From Eremomyces bilateralis CBS 781.70 (lineage: Eukaryota): a DNA stretch of 64,000 nucleotides. Below are positions 11,731 through 24,516 of the stretch, piece after piece. Location: NCBI GenBank assembly GCA_010015585.1, contig ML975165.1, one strand, 5' to 3'. Under the pieces are notes generated by a model. The model saw nothing but the letters and a program-made list of their open reading frames with translations, ran no database searches and was not told the DNA's origin. Position 1 is the stretch's first letter. Each line of letters opens with the position of its first letter. Both the position numbers and the translations under genes were made by a program.

Positions 11731-12537
11731 TCTGAGCGCTGAAGAAGTACAGCTGCGAGGAGTCACTGCCTTCGATACAACGAACAGCAAGTATGGATAC
11801 CTAGAATTGCAGGCCCGTGAGTAACCGGAGTCTGAGCTGAGGAAGAGGAGAACACTCACCATATGAAATCATGTAGACCAGACGTCAGCTTCAAAGCCAA
11901 ATCAATCGACAAATTGCTTATGCTCGGAAGGTCGAGATGGACGGAGTTTGAATGTCACCGTGATGTTAGTTTACAGTGTGAACGACACAATTCATTCGGA
12001 AGATTGATGTGGCGGTGAGAAAGAGGCATGAAGAGGAAGTATAATTAAGGTTTAGGACGGAGGTACCGCAACTTCTGCATCTGGAAGGCACGATGTTGAG
12101 ATGAAGGAAGGAGGTGACGAAAATCACGTGGCACGATGACAACTGAGAAACGCGAAAAAGAAATCAAGTGATGGATCGTTGAACACCTAATCCTCATATA
12201 AAGCTAACGAGGCTGCGTGGTTCATTCCGCTCATAGCGGCGACATCATCAGGGGTCTTCCAATTCATCAGAACAAACGCCAACGCAATAGGGGGTATAGT
12301 CGGACAAGAAGACTGAGAAGAGAAGAAATCGACTTGAAACCCCCAGGAAGTGCTGAAGCAAAAACCATCGCTTTTCGTTCAACTCGGCCATCATGTCCAA
12401 GCGCGCATATAGAGAAACAAAGGCGTCGATAGGACAGGCCAAAATCGGGGAGGTGGAAACAAGATCCGTCCCTCCCAAAAGCCCCCCTAGCAATCAAAAC
12501 AGTCTTGACATGGCGTTCAGGAGGAATTAAAGAAGCC

Positions 12538-15085
12538 TCAAACACCCTCCGCCACTTCATCCAACCCGATGCCCCTCCCCACCGTTCCATAACCGCCGCC
12601 TACAACCTCCTCTTTCTTCCTCCTAGAAAAGATGCGCTTGATCGAGCTCAAGCTGCCCCTCTTCCTCATGTGCCCTGCGTCTTTAGGACTCGGCGTCTCG
12701 TACCCGTTCGTCGCGCTCTTCTCCGCGTCCCTACTCGCGTTCCCACCATTCTTACTCACAATTCCACTCCTATCCTTCCTAGACCCAATCACCGGACTCG
12801 TCCCGCCTCTATCCCCACTCCCATTTGCGCTCGCTCCACCTTCCTGGAATACCGCGCGCGATCCCGGCTCCGCCGTCGCTGTCATGCTCCCAAACAGCGT
12901 GTCATCGAACTGCGTTTGCTTCGTCCCAGACTCCTCTCTCGCGTTCATTTTGCCAGGACTATCCTTCCCTACTTCCTTCCTCAACGCACTTCCTCCGACC
13001 GTTGCCTTTTCATGCCTCGGCGTCGTCGCCACCCCCGAAGTGCTATCCTGGCTAACCGTCCGACGAGGCGTGGAGGGGCGTGGGAATAGCGCAAGGCGGG
13101 GTGTGCTGGGTGTTGCGGGACGGGTGGTTTGTGGGCTCGCGATTGCGGACGCGGTGACGTGGGGAGATGGGGGGGTCATGATGGGGTGGTTAGGAGGAAC
13201 ACGGACGCTGCTGGTGCGTGTGGGGTAGGGTTGGCTTGGGGAAGGGGAGCTAGTGGCCGAGCGGTCTGGTTGGTTTGCCTGGGCCGGTTGTGAGGTTGGT
13301 GTGGGAGTCGATGGGCGGGAGGAGTTGGAGGGGGGCTTATTGGAGATATTGCTGTCTTGATTAGAGGATGCTGGAGCTGGGGCTTCGGCGTGAGAGACAG
13401 CGCGGGAAGTCTGTGCTGTCGTGTTGTTCGTGGTGTTCGCGGGGTGGAGTGCAATTGGCGTCGCACTGGTGCTGTTGCGATTCGTGGATTGCACAGACGA
13501 TGGCTGGAAAGGGCTCGCCAACTTGTTCGCCGCCGGCGGTGACGCTGGATTCTTTAGTTGCGCTGAGCTTTCGGCACTCGCTCGTGCGATTGCCTGCATT
13601 TGGGCATAATCAGAGCCAGACGAATATGCAGAATCCGGGGCAATTGTAGGAGAAGTGGCAGTAGCAATAGTTGGGGGCACTTGTGCCTTGCGTTGCGACA
13701 CCTTTCGAAGCATGTCATGGGATTTCTTGCGAAGTTTTGATGGCTTTCGTTTGGGTTTTGCCGTTGGTGTATCGGATTCGTGACCCGTTTCAAGGGCGTC
13801 GCGAGTAGCTGCACGTTCTGGTGCAGTTTTCGGCGGTTCTCGCTGCGCATGTCCGGGGCCCCGAACGAGGGCATTGGGACGGAAGAATTCAACCAGCTCT
13901 TTGGTGTTCCGTTGAGGGCTAGGGGCTAGTTCTTGCCCTGGCTGTTGTGCTGACGATATGCGCTCGGGGGGTTGGGGCTGCTTTCGCGGATTTTCGAATC
14001 GTTTTTCCAAAGGGATAGAATCCCTGCGAACGGGGTGAGCGTTCTGAACCGCGCTATCTTGTTGGTCGGGTTTCTGGGGAAGTGGCTTGTCGTAGCTTGG
14101 AGTTCTAGTCCCTCGAGATTGCGGAGGTGAGCTCTGGGACCAGGGGCTAGCGTTCCCATCCGAACCAGAGCGATGCGAGAACTGTAATGATCAGCAAATA
14201 CGAACAATGGATATAAACATGCAAAAAAACACTTACAATACTTCTCCTACTAGCGACACCAACACGCTTTGACATCTCGTTGACAAGGCTTCCCAGCTGT
14301 ACCAGCAAGACACCCAGACCATTCCCGGCCTTCTCCAGCTCTTTGAATGCCATGAACCATCCTTCCGCATTCCCGCACATAGACGTGTATACCTCCAATA
14401 GAGTCTCATCATTCCCATGCCAGTCGTCGCCAAGTTGCTCCAGAAACTTTGCCAGGACACTGGTCGCCTCAAGCCCGTTGTTCACATCCACGAGCAAATC
14501 ATTCATCGCCCTCGCAGACCGGTCCACAATCTTGTAGATACTCTCGTTGCCCCGAATGATCGACGCACGGAAATGTCGGTCATCCAGCATCCGGTCAAAC
14601 ATCCCCGTATGCTGCAAAGGCAGCTTCAACAAGCTCACCCTCTCCTTGATATCCGCCGCGGCCGTCTCAAAGTCCTCCGTCGTGCGCACAATGAACATGT
14701 CGATCTCATTCAAATGCACTTGCAGGATCTTTAGGACCTCATCATCACTCTTCGCCAGCTGATTTTGTAGAAGGTGGATCCCGAACACGATCTGCGCCAT
14801 CAACTTCCATAGCGGATGGTATCGCCGACTCGACTTGTTGCGCCATTGGAAATTGTACGATCCGTTCCAGTCATCGCGTTCGAGCGTTCGCATCCATCGC
14901 TCTTTGGGGTTCGCGTTGTCGAACTTCGTGTCGGCTGGTTCACGCGGTTCTTCGATTGACTCGACAATGGATTCTTCGAAGGGTCCTTGCATAGCAGGAA
15001 GGGGGTGAGTGGGTGGTTCGCTGGCCTGTGAGACGACGGGCTCGTCGGGCTCATCGTCGAATTGGTCGCTTCGACCAGGCGCCAT
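12538..15085 (-). CDS. Hypothetical protein with helical N-terminal domain and long S/T/P-rich tail
   Basis: ATG 15085 (MAPGRSD). Intron 14236-14182 (GTAAGT..CTGAT..CAG) joins ORF 14147-15115 in frame to ORF 12538-14010. Domain-like block YHPLWKLMAQIVFGIHLL..LKLPLQH. Confidence 0.8.
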
Positions 15086-16017
15086 GGTGATAATGGTTCC
15101 AATCTGGAGGTCCAAACAGGTAGGAGCGATTCGGAGATTTTCTTAGAGACGGGGTATGTGGATATTAATCCTGGTATAAATCGAGTCGTACAGTGGCTGC
15201 ACAGCTCTCGCGGGGTATCCCTCGAAACGAATGTCGGGCTCTGAAGCAGAGGAACAGAACGCGCAAATATAAGAGTTTTCGAAACGGAGAGGGAGTGAGA
15301 GAGGTTTGAGATCACACAGAGATCGGCAGCATGACCATCCCAGGTCAAGATGCGACGGAGCCTAAAGTTGGCAATTCGCCTTCGATCACGAAGCTGGTTC
15401 ACTTCCACCAGCTCAGATCCTCAGGAGTTCCGTCCGCCAGCGAGTCCCTGTCAAGGTTGATCGACTCGCTCCGCAGGGTAGAGGTTGGCAGCCAATTAGC
15501 GTTGGTCGCAGCAATAGGCTCCGTGTAAGGGTTCCAACGTCTAAGCAGGGAGAGAGAACAAGGCCAGGGTGATGAACGAGTGACAAAACGATCGTGGTAA
15601 GGAATTGAAGCGGCAAGTGGGAAAGGTGATGTGAGGCTGAGATGTGATAGCAGAAAGTGAAAGGTGAAAGGTGAATGGATGAAAAATACAGCTCTGTCAC
15701 ACAGCTCTGGCTCATTCCGCTCGTGTGAAACTGAAAAGCAACAAAGTTTTACCTTTTGTTTTAGCTTTCCAGATGCACGACCAGACCTGTTCACGCCACA
15801 TGGGTCCGGATCGCGTCCCCCGCCGTCGACGGGCTAGATTCGCCCGATTGCTTCCCAAATCTCGCCAAATGGTGGAGTATAATACTGGGTACCCCAACGT
15901 CTCGAAACACTCGAATCAAATGCCAAATCACAGGAACCTCATTCGTAATTCCGTTCCACTGAATGTCATTTCGGCTCTTGGGTCAGGAATCTGGTTCATA
16001 AGAAACCCGTAGTTTCC

Positions 16018-18200
16018 TTGAATAAGATCTTGAATATGCGACCCGGAAGTCTTCTCGATCGTGGCGCCGATGTCAATACCACAAATGGTGGACTGACACC
16101 ATTATCCTTGGCCGTGGATTCGGATAAGCCTAACCTGGGCATCATCAAGCCTCTGCTCGCTCGTGGTGCCGATGTCCGTCACACGGGTCCTCATGGGCGG
16201 GCTCCTTTATCATGGGCAGCAAGTTCAAAAGCTCCAAATGAGGCTATGGTTTCTAGGTTTCTAGAAAGCGACCCCCCTGTCAATATATAGGTACTTGATG
16301 CCTATGGATAGGCGCTATTGTCATTCGCCGCTAAGTCACCAGCAGGCAAAGAAATAATCAAGCTGGTTATAGATCGTGGCTCAACTTTGGACGAACTTAA
16401 CACTAAGGGAGGGGCGTCACTATCGTTTGCAGCACAAGTGGGTATTCTTGAAATTGTTCTTTTTCTATTGAATCATGCACCACTCGACCTTGATCAGGTA
16501 GATTCAGATCGTCGCAGCACCATATCTCACGCTGCCGAGAGTGGACAAGAGGCTGCGGTCCGGTACCTCCTCGACGGAGGCATTGATCCAAGCTGGAGAG
16601 ATTCGCAAGGACGTTCGGCTCTAGACTATGCTGTTAAAGTGGGATACCAAGAAGTGGTTGATCTGTTGCCCAAGCATCCCAGAGTAAATGAAGAGCTAGG
16701 GATTGTTAAACGGCTGTGACACCGATTTTGAAATACCTCTTGGGTCCGGACAATCAATCCAGGCCTTATTGACGATGAGATAGAAGGACCATGGGTTGAT
16801 GCCGCAGAACTCTACCGCGTGGCTTTTATCACCTCCAAACGAATTTTGGGTGAAGCGCATCCAGGCACTCTAAGCATCACTGACCATCTTGCACAAATTT
16901 ATGAAGCGAAATCACGCTGGGGTGAAGTTTCAGTACTATACCGGCAATGTCTCGATATCAGAAGAGACAATAACGTTTATGGTCACCCTGAGACATTGAG
17001 CACCATGGAAAACATTGCTGCAATGTGTATGCATCAAGGCCACCGCCCGGAGGCATTCGATCTTTATCGCGAATTATTCGAGAAGCGGACATTCGTTACG
17101 ACTCGACCCGAGACCTGGGAAGGAATGGGGTTTCTGAGAAATCATGCGATCCGCGGGGAACGTTGGAATGAAGCCGAAAAACTGCGCAGAGCCATTCTCG
17201 ACGAGAAAAGGCGTTTCCTTGGTGCTGATGATCCCACGACGCTTGACTGGCAGCCCCCCCTCGCTTTGGTCTATCAGAAACAGCATCGATGGGACGAAGC
17301 CGAAACGCTTTTGCGCGACTACATAGACAGAAGTCTAGAGGTGAACGGACTTTCGCACAAGATCACTTTACATGGACTGCAGGAAATGCAAGCTGTGTGG
17401 GGGCCAAGGGAATCTCTGCGGTGCCCTTCGCTGGCTGCAGCGGCGTGCCTGGGCCTTTTCACGTCGGGGAGACAAGACGTTTTCAGACTTGGAGGAAGAT
17501 GTTGGAAGGATACTAGGAAACCACCGGCTTAAGCTCGCTGCCGACCAGGTTGCAAAGGAGGACAGCGATCGACTGGAAGCACTTGGGGAAGAGATACTTC
17601 ATTCCCTGCCACGACTTTTCGATCCATCAAGACGGCTCCGAGGTGGACTTCAAGCAGACCACGATACTTGGTGAGACTCAACCGCCTGGGTTGATCGCAG
17701 ATGACAGACAAGATAGGCAAGCACAAGGCTTCACTTCAGGATATGATCCAGTCCTAGAGGTAGCTAGACACCGAGAAATCCTTGCAACCGCATCCCCTAG
17801 AGACTCAGATATTGAAGAGGAGATGGTGGGCCCTGATTATGGTACACTTTTTAGCGATTATGATACATATAACATTCCCGACTCGCTATATCAATCGATG
17901 CTGAAGTCTAGGCCACAGGTGCTGGGATACTGTACTTCCAGGAGAACTTCTTCCAGGAGAACTTCCGCACGAGACTGTGGACCAGTCGCCAGAAGCACCC
18001 GCTTCGTGACAGCTGGGATTTTAGGAAGACCAATCTCTAGTTCAAGGGAAATTCAAATGACCCCAGCGTCGTTGGCCATGCTAACAATCGTCCTGCTCCT
18101 CCGCCTCGAGGCTGCGGTCGCGCATAATCGGCGTTTCGTAGGCGAGCACTGGTTGTACAAGGCGGTCGTGCCAAAGTCTGGGAGAAACGGTCCGGAAGCA
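16018..18200 (+). pseudogene. Degenerate ankyrin-repeat + TPR (kinesin-light-chain type) gene, NLR-like sensor remnant
   Basis: ANK repeats (LLDRGADVN..GLTPLSLAV; GRAPLSWAA; GRSALDYAV) then TPRs (ILGEAHPGTL, YGHPETLSTMENIA, FLGADDPTTL), all in one frame. Broken by TAG 16288, TAG 16309, TGA 16717, TGA 16729 and an apparent frameshift at the G-run near 17400. TPR-like debris (MVGPDYGTL, RPQVLG) continues to about 18150. Confidence 0.8.
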
Positions 18201-18313
18201 ATCACTATAAAACGGACCTGGATACCTCGACCCAGAAGTGTTGAAGCCATCGGCGCCCATGAGCAGAGTGGTTGAGATTCCTCAATACCTCGAAAAGCAA
18301 CCAGCCACTGCTA

Positions 18314-20201
18314 TCACCAGCCCCTACATCTTACCCACACATCCTGCACGACATCCCTCTCCTCTCCGCTCCGACTCGAATCCACCACCAAATACCATCC
18401 ATACCCCGCCCCTGCGATACACGAATGATTCGGCAAAATCAACACCTTCTCCCCGGCCCTCAACTCCCTCTGCTGACTCCTATCCCCCTCCCACACCAGA
18501 ATCCCATGCTCCTGACTGATCCTCCCAACCACCCACCCGGTCTTCCCCTCAAAATCATACACTGAACTATTTACTCCATTCCCTTCACCTGGAGTATCGC
18601 CCTCGCTCCGCCATCCCGTCACCACCCCCCACCCGCTATACTCCCTACACGGCTCCCTCCCCAACGCCAAATTCCCCGCCGCAATCAACGCCTCCGGACG
18701 CTCTCGCCCCGTGTATACACTCGCCACCTCCGCGAGTATTCTAATTGCGATATCCTCCGTCCTCATCGTCCCGAAGCTCTTCGTCGCTAGCTGCTGCATA
18801 TCAAGCGTCGTGTAAACGCCGGCATGTACCTCAACGATATGCTTCGGCGCCTCACTGTCTCCCATCACATCCTCCAACATCGCCCGAACAGTGCTGGAGG
18901 CGCTGTGGTCCCATGAACCATCGGGGAGCTCTGAAGCCAGTGCCAAAGCGGTGGGGGACGCACCGACGGAAAGCACGAGGGCTTTGTCAGGGGCCTGAGT
19001 ATACGATTTCTTCACCACCGACAACACGTCGACCAGTCCGGTCAGTTCCTGTTTAAACCCACTCATCGCCTCCTTGGGTCCAGTTGCCCCATAGCTCGAC
19101 CCTAGATGGCTATATAGCCCTTCGAGCACAAACCGGCTATAGCAATCAGCAGGCTCTTCGTTCGCAGCGAGATACTGGAGCAAGGTGTCGCATTCATTGG
19201 ACTGTGGAGGTATCCCGGCGCGGCCGTAGCCGGTGTCGATCTTGATGTAGACGCCGACTTGGAAAGGAGGGCGTTGGGAGGAGAGGAGTTGAGGGGGGTA
19301 GTGGGAAAGGAGGTAGTCTTTGATCATGGTGAATTGCGAGACTGTGTCGATGATGATTTTGACTGGGAGAAGGGAGAGAGGGTTGTCAGTGGAGGGATGT
19401 TGGGGAGTACTTGGAAGTTCCCGTTCAAGGAGTTGGGCGAAGTGAATGAGTCGGGGAAGAGCGGACTTGGATACAGGGACGCCGTATAGGACCTGGGTTC
19501 CAAGTGTTCAGCGATGGAGATGCGATATGTTTCTTGGGCGACCTACATCTATTGTCTTGCCTTGTCGCTTGCAGTCTAGGAGCCACGGCGTAAGGAGTTC
19601 AAGTTCGGCGATGGTTGACACAATGAGGCGCACTTCTTTCGAGTCACCGACTTGAAGCTGGGTTACTTCTACAGTCTGAGTTGGATCCTAGGTTAGCTTC
19701 GCATTTGTCTCCTATATCTAATGACGTATGAAGAAATCTATATAATGCGCCAGAATAAATGTGTGCAGTTCTATATGGATTTCTAGACCTTAGATATCGC
19801 GAGCGTACTCAGAATTGGTACGGCAAGCAATATACCTTACTCCAAAGAACCGCTACACCAATGTGCACTTACTTAATCCAGCAGCAATTGCACTGCAGTA
19901 AGGCTGAGGTTTTGGCCAAGGCAGCAAGAGAACAAGAAAACATCGACTCGCATAACAAGCACCGAACACCATACAGAAGTACAGAACATCATAAACCACA
20001 TACCTTATGTGTCTTCACATGCCCTCTAAACCTCACCCCCGCCCCACTGGCAGCAGTCCTCATCCTCTCACAATTTCGGATCACGACCGCCCGATCCAGT
20101 ACCGCAGCGGGCGCATCCACATCTCTCAGATGGCGACCCACGAACTGGCTCTTCAGAGCGACCACGGAGGGCATAGGGTAAAGCAAGGAGGATGCGGACA
20201 T
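18314..20201 (-). CDS. DSD1: D-serine dehydratase (fold-type III PLP enzyme)
   Basis: PAAVLDRAVVIRNCERM..FRGHVKTHK (PLP lysine), IKIDTGYGRAG, GLYSHLGSSY, EVHAGVY, ISQEHG, ILPNHSCIAGAGYGWY, C-terminal WVRCRGW. Introns 20003-19676, ~19546-19493 and possibly 19410-19363. Confidence 0.9.
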
Positions 20202-21049
20202 GGCGTGATATGTTGAATGGGGCGATTGAGAAAGGTCGTTATCCGATAAAGTTGGGTAGAAGGAAGGCAACGGCCGGTAGGGATATGGCGGCGTCAGGGA
20301 CAAGGTGTTCTGCAGATCGGGAAATTAGAAGAAGTGGATCGCCGACTTTCTCGTGCCCGATGAAGTCGAGTACGCTTGGTTGAGGGTTCCCCAAAGCAAG
20401 GAGTTGACTTTGATACCAATTTTAAGGTAGGTATCCGTACCCAATAGAGATTACACGAATCCACCAACGACGAAGAGATTGCTTGCGTCTCCCGAGAATC
20501 GACAGGGCAGCCACGGACACGAAACGGAGCCTTTCCATGCACGTCAATATGGATGATATGCAGGAAGGAGTCTGCTATGTCTTGGAGAAGGCAAGACTAG
20601 CTCAATGCATCCATTCTTGCAGAGCTTCAAGTTCGAACTATTGGATCAGGGAGCTCGATTCTAAGACCGATGCCGCTTCCAAGCCGGAGATTGAATGCAG
20701 GTGAGGAGCACGGGGTTCTTCAGCTGAGTGCGGGGTTTCCTGGGCTTGGGGATGGTGATGCAAGGAAGCGGATGGAGGATGGGAGAAGCAGGGAAAGGTG
20801 AGTAGAGTTGTGGGTAATGAGTTGTGAGGTCGATATCGGATTTCCATCCAACCTCCCCCACCGATTGACCGATATATTATGATCATCACGTGCGAGGATG
20901 AAGATAAATCAATGATCAATCCACGGCTTGATGTATACCATGGGACGGAGAAGTTAGCTGTCCCAATTATACGGAAAGCAAACAAGAAGATAAATAAAAA
21001 TCTAGGGCCTCTCAGCTCTTCTCTCCAGTATCATGCATTGATAAGTTCA

Positions 21050-22005
21050 TCAATTTCATCAATTTCATCTAGTTCTACCAAATTCCGTTGTTATTGCGTC
21101 CCCTCCCTGTTCTCTGCCGTGGGACCCTCCGGTTTCGTTGTCCCCCGCCCGCATCAGGTGCACGGAAACGCCTTCGGTATCACGAAACTCCGTCGTTGGC
21201 ACTCGCTGCGACGGCCGACGCGGCCTTCACATTCCCAACGAACGGTAATCGTCTGGGACACTCCAAGTCCAGGTCATCGGGATCCGGTTTCTGGAGCGAT
21301 TTGCGGCGATGATGAACGCCACATTCGCCCATGGTGCAGCATCGGTCCCCATTACCCCAACAGCGGATCGGCCACGTTGAATAGCAGGAGAATGATACGG
21401 GCGATCGTCCTGGACGGTCCAATTGTCACGAAGCAGTGACAGCAGTAGTACCACCAGAACGGTGCAAGCGGCGCGGGCAGGTTCCGGTCATTGGATCCCA
21501 ATGAGATCGCAGATCGCGGGAGCCTGACTGCCCAAATTCCAGAACACACCTTACGATTCGATTTCACATCGGGGTTGCGGCCTTGCGTGCCACCCTGGTG
21601 GTTGGAAGTCCTGCGTCCTGGTTGTTGGGATCGGTCGTGGAATCACAGCGAGCGTACGTAACGGCGAGTATTCTCCCTAGTTTACGGTTGGTCGATATTA
21701 ATAATATCGTGGTGCTGGAGCTAGCCTTGCTTATCGGCAGCGTTCACGACCTTCAGGGCAAGCTCATCCTGGCCGATATTCGCCGCCCTTGGGGTCCTGA
21801 TAGGCCTATGGTAAGACGGAAGAAGTTTCCGGGCAGCCGCATGGAATGGAGTCGGTGAAGCTGCAGTTGCAAGGTTAGATGTTTCGATTTGCTTCTTGCC
21901 TAGTTCATACAGCACGGAGTTTGCAAGAGCAGAGGAAGTCGTGTCCCAGGGTTCCACAAACTCCTCTGTTTTTTTTTTGTTGCAGGATGCTTTCGTGGCC
22001 GGCAT
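21050..22005 (-). pseudogene. Possible decayed small Cys-rich gene (unresolved)
   Basis: Cys-rich peptides in several frames (GVCGTLGHDFLCSC; IPCGC; WWYYCCHC; WECEG..SECQRR..FPCT*CG) separated by stops. One intron-like GTATGA..CTAAC..CAG. No consistent spliced ORF found. Confidence 0.2.
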
Positions 22006-22038
22006 TTCCCAGCTCGTGAAATGAAACGGACTGGGGCT

Positions 22039-22084
22039 AGGCGGGAAGAAGGCGGGAAGAAGGCGGGAAGAAGGCGGGAAGGCG
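22039..22084. repeat. 11-bp tandem repeat AGGCGGGAAGA, about 4 copies
   Basis: Directly visible in the sequence. Confidence 0.9.
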
Positions 22085-22981
22085 AGCAAGCAAGGACTAA
22101 GGAGGAATCCCGGACAATAATAACAGCATCAAGCATCCATTCCGATCTAAGGAGACGAGGAGACTCGCTCTGTCTCTCAGGGTCTCTGGTCTCAATTCTC
22201 AACTCTGAACGCAAAAGTCAAAGTCCCGAGCCGACAAAGTTGCAGACTGGCCAAGCAATCGGCTCAGCGCATCGGAACATATCGACTGTGGGTCCATCGT
22301 AGCCAGTCGGGGCTTGTGTGGTTCGCCTTTCGCGGACGATCAGGATCACATCTCGGCTCTCGCCCAAGCAGAAGGTCGGGAGAATAGGAAATCATCTGGA
22401 AAAGGGCTAATAAAATAGGCGCCGTTTGCGCAGACCCGTCAGTTGTCCAAGCTGAGATTCCCGTTGCATCATTCGAATGGTTTCAAAATTCGATTCTTGC
22501 CACGTTAATTAAGATTTCACCCTGATCATCGCGTTCTCCCGCGCTGGGCCGCACGCAGTTCCATCCAATCTATCCAATCCTTCTTTCCCGGATCCGTGGC
22601 CTTGGGCGTTTTCCCGCAACGCAAAACCGCCCCCTTGGGTCAAATCTCCAACACCTTTTTTCTCCAGCAATTGTATTACTCCATCCAACTCGTTTTTTCT
22701 TCCCTTTTATTTTTCTTCATTGAAACCGCTTTCGCCGTCGCGCACGTATTCCGCGGTTGCCGTTGCCGGGAGACGTGTCGCTGGCTTTGAGTATCGGGCG
22801 ATTAGCCTTCAGGTGTCGGTCGTCGTTGGGAAGAAGGTTTAGAGACCGGTCGGAGACCAGACGAGACGAAAGGTCCAGGAAACCCGCCGACGGTTCGCCA
22901 CCTCCGCAAATACCGATCTCACGGTGTCGATTCACGAACCATTGGTGTCGAGGACGCTAGATTCGAAAACCATAGCGTTCA

Positions 22982-24516
22982 ATGACAGATCCGTCGTACT
23001 CTGGGAAATCAATGGCTGTCCCACAGCGGCATGTGTCCTACGACACCTACGCTGAGAGTGTCACAGATGATTCGGCATCGGGTTCAGGGACAACGGGGTA
23101 TATGATAGAACCAGGTGTGAGTCGCTCATTATGGAACTTCGCCAGGAGAATTTGTCTTCTCTGGCATCAAAATGCAAAGGCGGACCATGGCTAACGCTTC
23201 ACAACCATTTAGTCCGACTGTGGCAGCTTTCAATCGTGAGAGTCCCTTCGAGTCATTGCCCTCCCCAGCGTATCATACCGACTAACAGAAGTTTGGTAGA
23301 TCGACAAAATCGGCGAGAGAGAGCGTATTCCAGTTTGTTAGGGAGAATGGAAGGACGTATCATTCGTATCAGGCTGGCAGTAAGTCATCAGGTCGAGAAT
23401 CTGGTCATTGATGCTGATATAAACGTGCCAACCAGCTTATCTGCTTCCGAATGACCAAGTATGGCACGGATCTCCTCAAAGCGAAGGACGGAACTGACAG
23501 CTCGGCAGTCGGAGATCGATCGCCTCGATCTGCAATATGAGATTCTCAGGAATCTGATGGGCAACGCATTGTTCAAGGCTCCCATCCACAACCCCCACAA
23601 GATCTTGGATATCGGTACAGGAACGGGCAAGTGGCCCATTGAAATCGGTGAGTGCAGCCTCGATTACTGTGATCAATAGCGACTAACCGCTCTCCAGCCA
23701 ACCAGTTCGAATATGCAGAAGTACGCCCGTAGTCCTATGTCCCTTCCGATCCCCACCTAACCCACCCCAGATCACCGGCACCGACCTCTCCCCCATCCAG
23801 CCCGACTCGATCCCCCCCAACGTCAAATTCGTCATCGACGACGCCAACGAAGAAGATTGGATGATCAACGAAAACAGCTACGACTTCATCCACACGCAGA
23901 TGCTCCTCGGCTCCTTCGACGACTTCCGCCAAATCATCCGCCGCGCTTTCCGCTACGTCAAGCCCGGCGGCTACATGGAGTCCGTCGAGCTCTACCCCAC
24001 CGTCTACTGCGACGATGGCACCATGCCGCCCGACTGGCCCGTCGCCGCTTGGGCGCGCATGCAGGACCAGGCCGCGATGAATATGGGGAAGCCCGTGCGC
24101 ATTGGGAACAAGTTGAAGCGCTGGTACGAGCAGAACGGGTTCGTAGACGTGCGCGAGGAGGTGTATAAGGTGCCGTTGAGCCCGTGGCCGCGCGATCCGA
24201 AGTGGAAGATGCTGGGGAAATTTCATCAGGAGGTCATGCTGGAGGGGTGCGCGGGAATCTCCATGGCGTTTTTCCATCGGGGACTGGGGTGGACGCAGGA
24301 GGAGATTGAGGTGTATTTGGTGCCGGTGAGGAAGGCGTTCCATAATCGCTCGGTGCATGCGTATCAGAAGATGTAAGTGCTTTCGAGATGGAGCTTTCTT
24401 GGGTTGGTTGACTGAGTTGTCCCAGTTACGTCGTCTGGGGCCGCAAGCCTGAGGACGCCGTGAACCCTCCACGCCGCCCGACGCCCCCTGGACCCGATCC
24501 GACCGGAATCCCTTGA
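22982..24516 (+). CDS. LaeA-like (Llm/TAM-domain) class I SAM-dependent methyltransferase, 8 exons
   Basis: Exons 22982-23116, 23213-23235, 23300-23379, 23436-23458, 23509-23647, 23698-23720, 23771-24372, 24426-24516 splice in frame. Motifs ENGRTYH, YLLPND.EIDRLD, ILDIGTGTGKW, GTDLSPIQP, YDFIH, KPGGY, YVVWGRKP. Confidence 0.92.

Noticed and set aside
19676..20004. Stwintron (nested intron) interpretation of the long DSD1 intron (G-GTATGT...AAG-TAAGT)
   Set aside because: Two-step splicing would shift the frame into an immediate stop, and the inner intron lacks a good branch point.
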